Below, in pieces: positions 47,566 through 62,300 of a DNA stretch of 64,000 nucleotides. The notes below the pieces were generated by a model. It had not been told where the DNA came from, ran no database searches, and saw only the letters and a list, made by a program, of their open reading frames with translations. The DNA comes from Basidiobolus meristosporus CBS 931.73 (Eukaryota; Fungi; Basidiobolomycota). The translations under genes and the position numbers were made by a program. Location of the stretch: contig MCFE01000280.1 in the NCBI GenBank assembly GCA_002104905.1, forward strand, positions 39,821-103,820, read 5' to 3'. Numbering within the stretch: position 1 is the first letter of the stretch; every line of letters starts with the position of its first letter.

Positions 47566-50500
47566 AAGGAGTGGTCTAATAGGAAGAACTACAAACTTTG
47601 GAGAATCAAGATGCACATCCACTTTGAGAAAAGAAAACTTTGGAATATAGTAACAGGAAAAGATTTTGAGCACAGAGGAACATCAGAAGAAGTGGAAAAG
47701 ATTCAACAGCAGGAGATAAAGGCCATTAATGCCATATGTGTCAATGTGCAAGATTCCTTTGTTGGACAAATCCATGCATCAAATACTGCCAAATCATCAT
47801 GTGAGTCCCTAGAGAAGATCTTTAGTGCAAAGTAGTATCCAACAAGCTTTATTTCAATCACAAGTTTGTCAACATGAGAAAGAAGCCAGAAGATTACATG
47901 CCACAACTCATTACCAGAATAGAGACACTTGCAGAAGAACTTAGCAGTATCAGTGCCGGTTTAGATGATAAATAAAAGAAACTATGTCTGCTTTGCAGCC
48001 TACCACACAAGTATGAGCCACTCATACATTCTGTTGAAAGCAGAGAAGACAATTTGACATTAGACTATGTCAAAGGAAGACTTCTCCTTGCAGAAGTCAG
48101 ACAAAATGATCAAGCAGTGAAAATTGATGACAATGCTTTATTCAGTTCAGAAAGGCACTGAGAAAAGAAGGGAAAGCAACTAAACCAAAGAAAACATGGT
48201 TGCAGTGACTACTGTAGGAAGCCAGGACACTGAGCAAGAGAAGGCAAGAAGCAATAAGCAGACAAAAGACAGAAACTGGAGAAGGCAAACCATGTAACTA
48301 GTTATGAACTGTTATTTGTAGCCGTACAAGAGAGTGTAAGTAACCAAAGTGCTGAATGGTATATTGTCTCTGGAGCATCACTGTATATTTGTGATATAAA
48401 GGAGTGGCTCAGCAACTCAAAGATTATGCCTGTAATAAAGGTTAATCATAGAGATAACTCTGCACTAGAAGCTACTGCTGGTGGGTCTATACACTTAATA
48501 TGAGAAATATCTCAGGGGCTGCAACATCAAAACTGACTAATGTACTCAATGTACCTGGAATAGCTTAGAATCTACTCTCAGTCAGCAAAGCAACAACTCA
48601 GGGACTTAAATTCGTTTCACTAAGCTGAGCTGCTCAATATCAAGTGAATATGGACACATATTAGCTTTGGGAACAAGAGATTACAATGTATGTAACTTGC
48701 AATGCACAATCACAGTAGCTGAGTCTGTCAAAATTGCTGAGACTAATGAAACTAGCTAGCAGACATGATATGGGAGGCCAGCACACATTGGGGAGCAGTA
48801 AATGAGCCAATTGATGAAAATTCAGCTTGTTTTGGGCCTAAATTACTCAATTCTGGTCAAATGGAGTGCTTGTAAGGGGTGTTTATTTGGCAAACAAGCT
48901 TGGAAAAATTACAGAAGCTCAGGAGGCAATGACGCTACCAAAATATTGGCTATGGTATACTCAGATATATGTGGGCCCATTATAACCCTGTACTTTGGAG
49001 CCAAGAGATACTTTATGGCATTTATTGATGACAACAAAAGATATATATGGGTGTACTTTTGCAAAACTAAGGATGAGGCTTTAGAGATTTTTATTCACTT
49101 TAAGAACATGGCAGAGGCACCCATTGGGTGTAGATTGAAGGTACTATGAATTGATCAATGAGAAGCATACTGCTCAAAGGGGCTTGCAATGTAACTTTAA
49201 TCTACTGATATACTTCAGCAGACCACTGTTCCACATACTCCACAGTAAAATGGAGTAGCAAAACATGCAAATAGAGCTATTGCAGAGATAGGAAGATCTA
49301 TGCTACATGATAAGGGATTGGACTACAAGTCCTAAGCCAAATCTGTTGCTACCACAGTATACACAAGAATAGATGCCCAACAACAGCACTATGCTCTTCT
49401 ACACCCTTTGAAGCATACACAGGCAAAAAATTGGATCTCCAGCAATTCAGGATCTTTGGCAGTGGTGTCTTTTATAACATCCCTGACAAAAAACACTCAG
49501 ATCTGGAAGCAAAGAGTAGAAAAGGGATCTTTCTTGGGTATTGTGGCAATACTAAAGGGTATAGAGTGTATGATGGCAAAATTCAGAAGCTGATCAAGAG
49601 CAGGGATGTTGTATTTGAGGAGAATTTAGATCAGAAAGCCATTGATATCAGTGACCAGCTGCCTGATGATGCAATCACCACCAATGAAGTAGATACGTAG
49701 CTACTTCAGCCAGATATGAAAAATAACTCTACCAGTTTCAGATCAGAGAAGATTCTCCCTGTTAGGAGATTCATCAGAACAAGAAATGCCCATGGATCCT
49801 GGTGGCAGATAAGTTCATGAAGAAGCTTATCTTGTCCAATGTGCCAATCCTCAGAATCTGGAGTAGGCAATGCAAGTTCCAGATGCTATTATGTGGCAAC
49901 AAGGCATGCAGGAGGAGTACCAAACACTCATCAAGGCAAAAATGTGGGAGTTGGTAGACTTTCCAAGTTTGAGAAAGGTAATAGGATATAGATGGGTCAT
50001 AAGATCAGGATAACCTCAGATGGCACCATTGATTAGTACAAGGCTAGATTGGTGGCAAAAGGCTATTCCCAGATCTAGGAGCTAGACTTTGAAGAAACAC
50101 TTGCTCTGGTAGCCAAGTTAAACTCCATTGGGACAATTCTAGCCCTTGCTGCTGTACACAGGTAAGATCTACACCAAATGGACATCAATACAGCCTTTCT
50201 AAATGGGAATTTGCAAAAAACTGCATATATGGAGCAACCAGACAGCTTTATAGATGCAAAAGGACCCCATAAGGTTTGCAGACTTAGAAAATTGTTGCAT
50301 GGGCTTAAGCAGACACCTAGAGCATGGGATGCCTAGATTAACACTTTGTTAGAGGAGAATGGGTTCACTTGTAGTACTGCAGATCACAGTATACATGTGA
50401 AGCAGCTCAAAAGGGTGTAATCATTGTATTTCTTTATATGTACAACCTAATAACAGCTACAAGTGACCAGGAGGCACTTAAACATACAAAATTAGATCTC

Positions 50501-52089
50501 TTCAGCAAGCTTATGCTGAAAGATCTTGGAGAATGAGCTATTTTCTTAGAATTAAAGTCAAATTTGACATTCCTATGCAGAAATTGTGCTGAATCAGTCT
50601 AAGAACATCAGGGACACTGTTTGATGCTTCAAGATGAAAATTTGCAATCTAGCAACTACCCCTATAAGTGATAATCTAAACTGAGCAAATTTCAACTAGT
50701 TTTAGGTGCAAATGGGTCAAATATGGACCAAGACATCCCTATCAATCAATGGTTGGTAGTCTGATGTACTTAATGGTGTCTACATGCTCATATATTAAAG
50801 TAGCAGTTGGAGTAGTCTGCCAATTCATGCAGAATTATGGATCAGATTGTATTACAGCTGTTAAGCAGATTTTCAGATATCTTCAAGATACTATAAATAT
50901 AGTACTGAAATACTCCGGAGCAGCTAATGGACAAAAGCTTGATGGTTATACTGATTCAAATTGAGGTAGGAATCTGACTGACTGATGCTCTGCCACTGGG
51001 TATATATTTCTTTATGCTAGTGAAGCTAATACTTGGAATTATTAGAAATAAACAACTGTGGCCTTATTTACAACTGAAGCTGATTATATGGCTGCTTATC
51101 AAGCAACTGAGGAGGCTATACAGCTACAAGAATTATTCAAAGACTTAGGCTTTTGTTTGGACAAACCAACATGAATAGACAAAGATAATCAAAGTTGTAT
51201 TGCATTGGCTAGGAATCCTACTAATCATGCCAGAACTAAGCACATAAATACACAACTTCACTCTGTGAGGGAAGCTGTAGAAAATAACTTGGTAGCATTA
51301 GTGAAGTGTCTGCTGACAAAATGGTGGCAGATATACTTACAAAACCACTGGCTAGACCACAATTTGAGAATATCACAGAGGAATTAGGATCAAGATATCC
51401 CTTAGTTGAGGGGGGGTGTTGAGATATTGTACTATTAGGTATCATTCAGCAGCTAGAGATTTACTAACATTTTAGGCTAGTCTTGGTCACTGTTGAACTA
51501 ATTTGCAACCTTAACTTGGCCATTTTCATTACATATATGATCCCATGATTATTCCCCTATAGTCAAGATCAAGTTAACACACTTTACCAAACACTTTGTA
51601 CTAACCCTGATACTGTTACAGAATGCTCCTGAATGCTGAGAAACTCTCCTTGCTTAATGTTAGAGCTTTGTTATCTCTATAAAGGTATATATACTGAGCC
51701 TCTTTATTAAAAACAACAGTTCAACTATTTTCACTATTTCTTGATAAGTGTCTTATATCCAAATCACTTCATAAATTGCAACAGTAGATTGGATAATGCT
51801 TTAGGAGGAAAATGACCCCCCAAAGATATAGCAGTTGAAGTCTTAAAGTACCAGAAGAAAGGATAAAGAATCTCAAACAACATTTGGCTCACTGTTGAAG
51901 AAGCATTGCTGATTTGGTTCTCATGGATGAAAAAAAATTGTCTCAGCCCTGAAGTCCACAACAGATGATTCAATCAAACCATCTATATGGAAGTCTACTG
52001 CAACACAAATAAAGAAAGTCTAGTACCAATGGGAAGGAATAAGCATTACCTTAATATGTAATTATAACTACCAAAGGAGATACTAGGAC

Positions 52090-52480
52090 CCTATGGAAAT
52101 AACAGTGACCATATTTGCAGCTACTGCAAAAGCAAAGGACATACATCAGACCAGTACTTGAAAAGAAGAGCTACTCTATGTAACAGACATTGCCAAGAAC
52201 CTACTATCACCCAGCAAGGCCACAGCAGAAAAACTTAGTTTCAGTTATGACCAGCCTGAAGGTGGAATTGCTGATCAAAATGGTGCTCATTTTACTTTAG
52301 GTATCAGAGATCAAAGTCTTTCCAAGCTGACCTACATTCAATCATACCTGGAAGCCAATATAAGTAACCTAACAAAGAAGCTCCAGTGCATAGGCACAGG
52401 AGACTTGGACTCATCAGTTTGCTTATTTGGGCAAAATGTTTGAAAATCAGCTAATATCTGGTGCAGAAATTATTCCCACC
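52090..52480 (+). pseudogene. Scrambled retroelement fragments (zinc knuckle; Copia A GAG-pre-integrase)
   Basis: CSYCKSKGH knuckle; 52270-52480 resembles the reverse complement of 15660-15850. Confidence 0.6.
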
Positions 52481-52759
52481 CATGATTAGGAGGGCAGTGA
52501 AAGCTGCATATATAAGAAATAAACCCAACCATCATTCAAAGCTCTTTAGATGCCACAAAGCTCTTCATCCACTTCTACAAAACCTGTAGGATATAGCCAG
52601 GGAATACTCTCCCACACCCTCCACAGCTACATGTGTTACAAGTCTTGTTATAAAAGTTAAATAGGAATATGGAGTTTAGCTAGTATTGTACTTACTAAAG
52701 CTTGAACTGATTTTAATTAAGGTTCTAGCAGCTCCTTGTTTCAGATCCATACACTACGT

Positions 52760-53810
52760 AAAATGACAATTGCTGGGTGGTGTTGTGTACTCTGATTTTG
52801 CATGCAAAATTCACTTGGTCTATATACTATCCCATCTACTGACAGCTCTATTTGCATACTTGGTCAGCATTTTTCCAAATAATCCATTAAACTGCTCAGT
52901 GACTCTTTTAGTTCCAGGGTGATATGCAGAGGTTTTCAAGTTTTTGATCTGCTGTATTTCCCGGTAGGCTTCTAATGTCTTTGCCATAAAGTTTGCTCCT
53001 CTATCAAATAAAATTTCTACAGGGCATCCAAACTTCATAATGATCCTATTGTAGTTGAATCTTGTAGCTTCTTGTTCACTGGCTACAAGTACTGCTTTAG
53101 CCACTGGCCATTTAGTTGCATGGTCAATTGCTACTAGGATCCAATGGTTGCATATCCTGGTAGTTGCCAGTCTTCCAATAAAGTTGCTTCCCCATCTTTC
53201 TAATGGTCTTCCATGCTCCAAGGGATAAAGTCCAGCAAATCTCTATGGTTGGCCATAGTGGATTTGTCAATTTGGGCATTTTTTCACTAGCTTCTCAATA
53301 ACTTGCTTCATTCTGGGCCACCATGCTTTGGCTTTCACAAGGCTTTGGATTCCTTTGATTCCAAAATGTCTACATCTATTGTATAGCATATGTACTATAT
53401 CCAGGCAAGCAACATAAGGGCAATAGGCAATAGGGCTTCCATTAATAATTTGGTAGAGTGTTTCATCTTGTACCACATATTTGCTGGCTTCATCCTGAAT
53501 TATATTCTTGATCTCTTCATCCACCTCATTAGCAATGGCTTGGTCCTCCAGGTACTTTAGTAATAAGCTAGGCCAATCTGACCAATGCACCAAGTTTGGT
53601 TGTGCAGCTTGCTCTAATCTTGATGAGGTATCAGGAACCGTGTCATTTTTCCCAGGGCAGTAGAAATTCCTAAGTCAGATTGCTGAATGTATTTACTTCA
53701 TCTTGTCATTCTTCTGGAGAGTACCTTCTGAGTAAATATTTACTTGTGCAAAGCATGATCTGTCTTCACAGTGCACTTGACTCCTTCAATGTAGCATCTC
53801 CAAACCCAGC
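52760..53810 (-). pseudogene. Gypsy D RNase H-integrase fragment
   Basis: ORFs 52820-53221 and 53267-53593 match 37200-37910 (WWPRMKQ, IDHATKWPVA, FGCPVEI). Confidence 0.88.
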
Positions 53811-54049
53811 TATATAAAAGACCATTATTAGTCCAGAACCTCTCTGCTACTATTTCTGCCACTCTCTGACAACTCTAAGATTCTGCACTTGGTTGTCACT
53901 TTGGTTCAGTTAAGTCATTCTGGAGTTTTATTACACTTTTCTCTTGTATGCAACACAGAGCTGCTTACTGACCTCAATGCTCAGGCAGATAAGAATGTAG
54001 CAAATGCAGTAACTCCAGTGGAAGACCAGTAAGTGAATGCATAATATCA

Positions 54050-54520
54050 CCACCACTAACACTGGCAAGTGTGTTGTCAGGTCATACAAAAGTACTGATG
54101 CAACAATTAGGTCTGATAGCTAATAAGATAGATGCAACAACCTACAGAAATCAGCAAAAGCTTCAGAAACAGGATGAGCTGATAGCACATTTAGAGCAAT
54201 TGGTATCCCAGGTAGAGAATGCAGTATCTTTGCTGCAAAGAAGGGACTGAGGTAGCTCCATGTAGCAGCTAAGAACTGAGCCATTTCCTGATGTAACAGT
54301 AAGAGAATACTGTAAAGTCTTTAAAGCACAACTACAGTGCCCAAAGAAAAGGCCCACTGAAAAATCTACCACAGCATGGAAGGAAGCAAATGTGATATTT
54401 TTACCAAAGCCTAAAAATTAAATATAGTGAAATTATGTGAAGCCTTTGAGTACAGTGATGAAAATTGAGCTAATATCCATGAGGTTATACAAAGTCTGCA
54501 GCCTTGATGTCTTCTGTTGC
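54050..54520 (+). pseudogene. Fragment of the CACTA accessory ORF
   Basis: Reverse-complement similarity to 57250-57520. Confidence 0.6.
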
Positions 54521-55289
54521 TGACAGAGTGAAGATCCCTCAAACTGGTAAAGTAATAACATTAAGAAATTTGAGGTTTATTATTAATCCTACAGTGAATT
54601 TTGGAGTATGATGAAGCACACAAAGAGTTTGCTGCACTTCTTTCAGAGCATTACTCAAGAGAACATACAGCAATATTGCAAGGATAAGTGGCAAAAACAA
54701 GCGGATGCAACCCTAGACCTTTAAGTGCTGGCTAAAGAACAGGATATATGAGAATCAGTGAATGAGCCATTGCATAATATTGTAGAACTCTGCCAAAGGC
54801 TTGGAAAAAGGGTGGTACTGTGGAAAGCTTGTAGTATAGTGGATCTTAATGGAGTCATTTGCAGAGTGTGAGGTTAACAGTGATGTTATTATGGTATATA
54901 GGGACTTGTGTAGGTCAGCACAATTGGTAGCTAAGTTATAATTGAAGATCCAATGGAAATGGATTCATTTGTGTGCATTTAAAGTTAGAGCATTGGTTGA
55001 GTCCAGGAGTAGGAAGTATGCAAAAGAGGTAATACCCAACCAATGTAATAAATGTAGGAGGTGATTGAGTTTCCTGGATCAGAATGCGACAGAACTGCCA
55101 GAAAGACAATCAAGAGATATTTAGATATTGTGGTGATGATAATTTTGACCAAGTCTTTTATGAGATTTGAGGTGCCTTTTTTATAAGTCTTGGCATGGCA
55201 TCCTAGCAGCATCAATACTGCTTAGTTACAGGATTTTGATTTTTGGGATAGCCTTTGACAGAATCATCATAATCATTGATCATAGGACA

Positions 55290-55540
55290 TCATTTGAAGT
55301 ACATTTTATTTTCATTGCACTGTGTTAGGTGGTTCCCCATTAATGTCAGCTGGGAATGAAAGCCTCTGGGACTTTTGTTGCTATGAATAGTGTGATGAAG
55401 CCTTGTAGGGTAATAGTTCTTGCAGTCATAGAGATGCTCAACAAGGGATTTCCTTGAGTATATTGTGGTAGATGGTCCAAAGTGCTTGGTGTCAATCTCC
55501 TCTAATATGTCCAAAGGAGTTATGGTGGTCCCTATGAAAA
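55290..55540 (-). pseudogene. 5' fragment of a second copy of the PHIS transposase
   Basis: LEEIDTKHFGPSTTIYSRKSL...HSNKSPRGFHSQLT matches the N-terminus of 24834-25718. Confidence 0.88.
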
Positions 55541-55959
55541 GTTATTGAGACAATCTTGTCAAAAGGCCATCACAAAGTTAAGGTCCCATGACTAAGAGGT
55601 AATGATCTTGTTGGGACACCATTCAGAGACTGTTGAAAAATAATCACACCCCAGATTTCACAAAAAACTTGGTCAAAATTTTTCATCACAACAATGTATA
55701 AATGGCTTTTGATTGGTTCCCTGCCAATTTGCACACTTTCATATCCCAGACACTCTATTGCCTCCTTTGTTTGTGTGAATTGATTGGCTATTGCCTCTTT
55801 TTCACACTCCTTACTTCCTGACTCAACCATTTCTCTTACTTTTCATGTGTACAAATTGATTTATTTCCATTGAAACTTTGGTTGTGCCTCAATTGCCAAT
55901 TGTATTGGCCTATACAAGTCTCTATACCATACACTAACATTAAGCCCAACCTCACACTC

Positions 55960-58671
55960 AACAAGTAACTCCATTAAAATTCACCACTCAATAAGTATTT
56001 CTGCTGTAATGCTCTGGTCTCACAACTCTGGTGGGAACCCAACAGCTTTATGCCACAGTTCATTCACTGGTTCCCACACATCCTGGTCTTCAGCTGGCAC
56101 TGCAAGGTCTAGCTTTGCATCTGCCAGTCTTTGCTATAAATCCTTGCAATATTCCAGTGCGTTTTCTTTAGCACTGCTCTTGAAGAAGTGCTGCAACCTC
56201 TTGATGTGCATATTAATGTTCTAAAACTCCACTGAAGGCATTGTGATAGTATTTGAAGCTCTGGACATTGTAGCCTTGTATGTCAGTGGGATCTCCACTC
56301 TGTCAACAATGGAGACTGTCAAGGCTGTGGAGGCTGTGGTAGACAAATTACCTTTTTCAGCAAACTCATCTACCTTGCTGGAGTGTAGCTCAACTGGCTG
56401 CACTTCCAACTCTTGTGAAAACAGCTATTTTCTTGTTGGTAATTCTTCTTGGCTGCAATGAGATTCAGTCTGTTCCTGGCTTGCAGTATTAGTTGGCAAG
56501 AACTGCAGTTTCTTTTGCATTCCTCCCTGTCTCAGGCTTGGGTCGACATTTTTCCCTTTACCTTTTCTTTTATCACTACCAGGTCTTTCACTGCTACTTT
56601 GTCTGAGTGCTTCTTGTAAAGAACTACATTTTCTGCTGGATAAATTCTGCTCTGACAGGTCTGTTTTGGCCTGCTTATCTCTTGCTGGCACTCTTCTGGA
56701 ACCTGATGTTTCTTTTCTGCTTGTTTTGAGCTCTCAACTGTAGTTGTGACAGGCTGCTATAAAAGCAGCTTATTTTCATCACTGCCAGGTCCTTCACTGC
56801 TACTTTAACTGGGTGCTTCTTGAGTGGTAATATGCTTTTTCCTTGATAAATGCTGTGCTGGTGCATCTGTGTCTGCCTACTTGTCCCTAATTGGCACTCT
56901 TCCAGCTACCTGACATATCTTTGATGCTTGTCTGGAGCTTTTGGCCCTGCTTATAACTGGCTCTTGAGGAAGCTGCTGGTGTTTAGCCATGGCTCCCTTG
57001 TTCTTCTGCCTTTGATAGTTTCTGCTATTCTTAAGATACTTTCTTAGCATACTAATGCTGGCCCAAAATCTATTTGCCCATTTGAATCCAGGATAATGCT
57101 GATGGAACAAGTCAAGTGCATTCTGCTTGGCCTTGAGTTCCTGATGGTACCATGGTATGCCGGCCTTAAGGTGATGGCATGCTAGACTTTTGATGGCCTC
57201 TTGTATATTAGCCCACTCTTCATTATTGCACTCAACAGCTTCACGGATCTTCAATGTCTTTGATTTTTAGGCTTTGGTATAATCACCACATTGTCTCCCT
57301 CCCATGCTGTGATAGGTTTTTCTGTGAGCTTTATCTTTGGGCACTGTTGTTGTACTTCAAAGACTATACAGTGTTTTTCTGCTGTTACATTGGGAAATGG
57401 CTCAATTCTTGGCTGTGTCATTAAGCTACTTGAGTTCCTTCTTTGCAGCCAAGATACTGCTTTCTTTACCTGGGATATTGATAGCTCTACACGTATTATC
57501 TGCTCATCCTGTTTCTGGACTATTTCCTGATTTCTCTGGGCCATTGCATCTATCCTATCAGCCACTGCACCTAATTGCTTCATTAATGCTTTTGTATAAG
57601 CTGACAACATACTTGCTAATATTGGTGGTGGTGATGTTATCATGGCCTCTTGCTGATCTTCAACTAAGGGTACTGCGTTTGCTACATTCTCATCTGCCAG
57701 AACATACCAGTCAGCTTGTGGCTCCGCAGAGGTTTTCAATTGCCTACTTGACTGAGAGCCTGAGGAGTCCACATTATTACCTTCAATGGGCACACTGTCC
57801 ACAGGGCCTTTTTTGGATGTAGTGCTGCTTGTTGCACTGAATGTCAAAGCAAGCTGTTGTCCAACCATTCTCTGTAGCCATCAGTGGTGGGGTTTGATTG
57901 AGAACCAGACAACTTTGCTTTATTTTTTGGCAGCATATATATGGAAGTGAGTCAAACCAAAGGGGAAATAGTGTTACATATACATGTGTATGTGGTGCCA
58001 CAACTTTATTTTTCATGCTTACAATGGCAGATCATCATTGAATCTTACATTCATGTAGGTGCAATGTCTCAAATACAAGACTGTCTTAAGTTCACATGAG
58101 TATTGACCAAAAAGTGATATAATAATGTTATGTTGTTGAAGGTCAAGCTGTTTGCCCCATGGACAAGACTACTTTAACTCAATGCTATAAGAGAAGAGAA
58201 AAAAGACCATGTGGCTATTGTGGCAAGCCTCTCAGCCATGAAGCACACAGATAGCATAGGAAGTGTTACAAGGATCATGGCCAGTGTTTTCCCACCCAAG
58301 TCATATTTGATCATTCATCAGTCACTACTGTGCCAACATTATCTTGCCAGCCAGTTGATACTTCTATATCTGCACCTGGCTGTCTTTGTCACCTTGTGCA
58401 AACTGAGTCAGGTGAGTTTGTGACACCTTTAGGCTCACCTCAGCCTTCTGAATATGGCACACAGAGTGGTAGCTCTGACAAAGAAGGTTCACTGATGGAT
58501 TTTGAGCCTATCTCCCCTGACAACAGTACCACATATGAGCCCAGTCAAATCCCTATATGCAATGAGACAACACCCATTGAAACAAATGCCAAGGATACTT
58601 TATGGAGCCAAGTGAGCCCAGTAATCCATATACGGGTGAATGATGTAATGTTGTGGCTAGAGAAGTGGCGT
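55960..58671. mobile_element. CACTA/EnSpm-like relic: accessory ORF on - (57868 to about 55960), 5' part of transposase on + (about 58170-58671), cut by an LTR
   Basis: Inverted homology to 19560-21390, whose continuation is Transposase_21-like; CGYCG motif near 58210; long minus-strand ORFs 57251-57868 and 56877-57254. Confidence 0.62.
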
Positions 58672-59377
58672 TGTGGTGGTGTATAAGTCCAAGGGAGAGA
58701 TACGTCCAACACTTCTCAAGTATTTTGTGTGTGGGGTGTTCACTGGGTGCAATAACCTCTGGCAAAAGCTTGCTAGGAATACTTGGGTTCTGTCTCTAAT
58801 CTAATGTGAAGGGGAATAAAGCCACAAGCTTGTCAAGGGAAAACTATTGAGCTACAATCCCCAACTTAGTTGGCATCTTAACAAAAGTATGTGCTGGGTT
58901 CAGCATCCCTTGAGATGACAATGTACCAAAGCTTCCACAGTCAAAACAACTGTAAACTCCACCAGCAGGGACTTGATAAGAATGCAGCTGTGGTCAATAG
59001 TTACAAAGACAGAAAAGTATCTTTGCCTGTACAAGAACAAACTTGGGAAAGAATCAAATATAATAAAAGATACCTACTCTGAGTATTCCTCACAAGTAGT
59101 GCCTCCAAGGTCAGTTGGCTGTTGGCACGGTTTCCTGGGAGTGTCCTGTGGTCTAGGGTTGGAAGTTCAGGTAGCAGCAGGTAGCAGTGATCACACTAAT
59201 CAACAAGTTGGTATATTGATAAAAGGGATGATGATTAATTGTTGGGGATAGCCTCCCTTATATACTTTTCTTACTGGCTAAGTGATTACTAATCATGGTG
59301 TTCCAGAAGGTTCTGGATATCAAATAGAAGTCTTAATGACATCAGAATGACCTAAGAATGTTCTAAGTAGGTGCCGG
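58672..59377 (-). mobile_element. Gypsy B LTR, interrupted after 706 bp by another Gypsy B element
   Basis: Matches the first 706 bp of 7733-8803 and stops at GTGCCGG. Confidence 0.95.
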
Positions 59378-62300
59378 TGTGGTGGTGTATAAGTCCAAGG
59401 GAGAGATACGTCCAACACTTCTCAAGTGTTTTGTGTGTGGGGTGTTCACTGGGTGCGATAACCTCTGGCAAAAGCTTGCTAGGAATACTTGGGTTCTGTC
59501 TCTAATCTAATGTGAAGGGGAATAAAGCCACAAGCTTGTCAAGGGAAAACTATTGAGCTACAATCCCCAACTTAGTTGGCGTCTTAACAAAAGTATGTGC
59601 TGGGTTCAGCGTCCTTTGAGATGACAATGTACTAAAGCTTCCAAAGTCAAAACAACTGTAAACTCCACCAGCAGGGACTTGATAAGAATGCAGCTTTGGT
59701 CAATAGTTACAAAGACAGAAAAGTATCTTTGCCTGTACAAGAACAAACTTGGGAAAGAATCAAATATAATAAAAGATACCTACTCTGAGTATTCCTCACA
59801 AGTAGTGCCTCCAAGGTCAGTTGGCTGTCAGCGCGGTTTCCTGGGAGTGTCCTGTGGTCTAGGGTTGGAAGTTCAGGTAGCAGCAGGTAGCAGTGATCAC
59901 ACTAATCAACAAGTTGGTATATTGATAAAAGGGATGATCATTTATTGTTGAGGGATAGCCTCCCTTATATACTTTTCTCACTGGCCAAGTGATTACTAAT
60001 CATGGTGTTCCAGAAGGTTCCAGAGATCAATAGAAATCTTAATGACATTAGAATGACCTAAGAATGTTCTAAGTAGGTGCCGGAAGGTTCTAAGAGGCAC
60101 AGCACATCCAACCAATCAGGAATCAGTATTCTGAAACCTGTGTAACATGGGGATACCATATATGGTATGGAAATGGTAGGGATGGTGACACGGGCTGATC
60201 ATGTGTCACGGGTACTGGCGCAGGTACTTGCCTAATATAGAAGTACTTATAGCTAGTAATCTTACATAAAGTGAGGGTTAACTTATGCAATAAGGTAAGC
60301 AGGTGTGATAGTCAACCGGCTTATGGGATAGTACTGATTGGGTAAGACAAATGGGATAAAACTAAAATAAGTGTAGTAGAGATATAGGGAAGTAGAAAAT
60401 AAGGGAATGAGCACATCTGTCAGTGGGTGTCACTGTCACCCCACTACATCCACCCCCCTCTCAGCTTTGAACTTGGGTCAAAGCAAACTAATCTTGATGT
60501 GCAAAATTCCTATGCTTGAATAACTTAAGTCGATTTCCAGCAACTGGTGCTCTCAACTGGGTGTTGTCAAGCTCAGATATGTAATAACTTCCATTTCCAA
60601 TCACTTTGGAAATGAGGTAGGGGCCAGTCCATTTGTTGTCAAACTTCCGACTCCATTGCTTGTCCAAGGTAGAATTGTAGAGTAATACTGGGTCTCCTAG
60701 TGATAGTGGTTTTGGTCTTGTTGGGCGTGATTTGTCAAAGGGCACCTTGTTCTTTAGTCGTGTATCCTTAAGTTGTTCAGCAGCTCTGCTGATATTCAAG
60801 TCATGGTGATCAAGTTGCTGTATGCGTGTTGCAAGGAGGTCTTCAGTCTGCATCTTGGATCTCCAATTCAATGAGTTCCAAGTGACTGTGTTTAACTCAA
60901 CTGGTAGTATGCAGTCATGTCCATAGAGTAGCTTGAATGGCAATAATCCAGTTGTCCTCTTAGTAGTAATTCTATCTGCCCAGAGTGCTAGATGTAATTG
61001 CTGTGGCCACAGTGTTGTGTTATTCTCACAGGTCTTGACGAGAGAGTTCACCAATGGTCCATGTCCTCTCTCTATCATTCCATTGGCTTGAGGGTGGTAA
61101 GCTGTTGTAAAAGCAATGTGTATCTTGTACTTTGAGCACAACTCCTGGATCATTTGGGATGTCATCTCTCCTCTGTCAGCAACAAACTGTCAGATGCAGC
61201 CAAATCTGCAGATGATGTCTTCAAGTATAAATCTCCATATGGTATGGCTCTTGTTGTTGGGCAAGGCTCAAGCCTCTGCCCATCCACTAAGGTCATCTCT
61301 AGCAACAATCAGGTACTTTTTTGATCCAGCTGTTGGCATGTGGACAAGGTCAATACCAACCTTTTGCCATAGACAGACTGTGTAAGTAGGATGCAGTGGT
61401 TCTTCATAACGCTTGGAGGATCTCTTCTGGCAGGCTACACATGACTCAACAAAGTGTTGGATATCATAGTACATGTTTTCCCAGTAGTACCTCTGAGCTG
61501 TAGTATTGTATGTGGCTTCTCGTCCTCTATGTCCTCCTGGTTCTCCTTGGTGGATACTTGTCATGATGTTCAGCTGCTCTTGAGGGGTAGTGACTACTCT
61601 TCTTGGCATAAGTCCAGGTTTCACTCGCTTAAAGAGAAGATCATCTTTAAGATAGTAGTGGTGTGCCTTCTTCCTGAGTTTTCTAAACTCCTGAATATCC
61701 ATCCAACTAGGTTTCTTAAGTGTCCTTAGATATTCCTTGATCAGACTCCAGGTAGTTCTCTCTTGGTCTTTGATGGCAATCTGTTGGATCTCTGCATCAA
61801 TAATATCATCAAAGTGAGGGTCCAAGTCTTCAAATAATTGTGGTCCCTTCCTGGAGAGTGCATCAGCCACAACATTTGTCTTGCCAGGGATATGTCTGAC
61901 CTCAAAGTCAAACATTTTCAGCCATGCCATCCATTGGTTTGTGGCATCATCAGATAGGTCAGGCTTGTTGATCATTCCTATAAGTGGCTTGGCATCTGTC
62001 TCCAGGATAAAATGTGTCATATAGAGTTGTGACTTCAGTTTCCTCAGCATCTTCACAACTCCTAGTAGTTCTCTCTTAATCTGTGAGTATCTTTGTTCTC
62101 TAGGAGAGAATAGGCAGCTCTCATATCTGCAGGCATAGCGGTTGCCATCTTCATCATCTTGTCCAAGTAGTGCTCCAGCTCCTATAGGGCTTGCATCCAC
62201 TGTCAAAATAGGTGGGCATTTTGTGTTTTGATAGTCAAGAGGTCTTAGAACTGGTGGAGATACTAAGGCCTCTTTCAGTAATTGCATGGCTTCTTCTTGC

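Larger units (their letters stand above)
46400..51783 (+). mobile_element. Ty1/Copia family C, older decayed full-length copy (5' LTR 46400-47141 interrupted, 3' LTR 51417-51783)
   Basis: Collinear with 38627-43309 with many stops; decayed PBS TGTTTTGAGCCC; PPT TGAGGGGGGG; flanks GTAAT/GTAGA (imperfect TSD). Confidence 0.92.

Noticed and set aside
54900-55290. G-skewed stretch resembling the viral block in composition
   Set aside because: No frame gave a recognisable motif; composition alone is insufficient.
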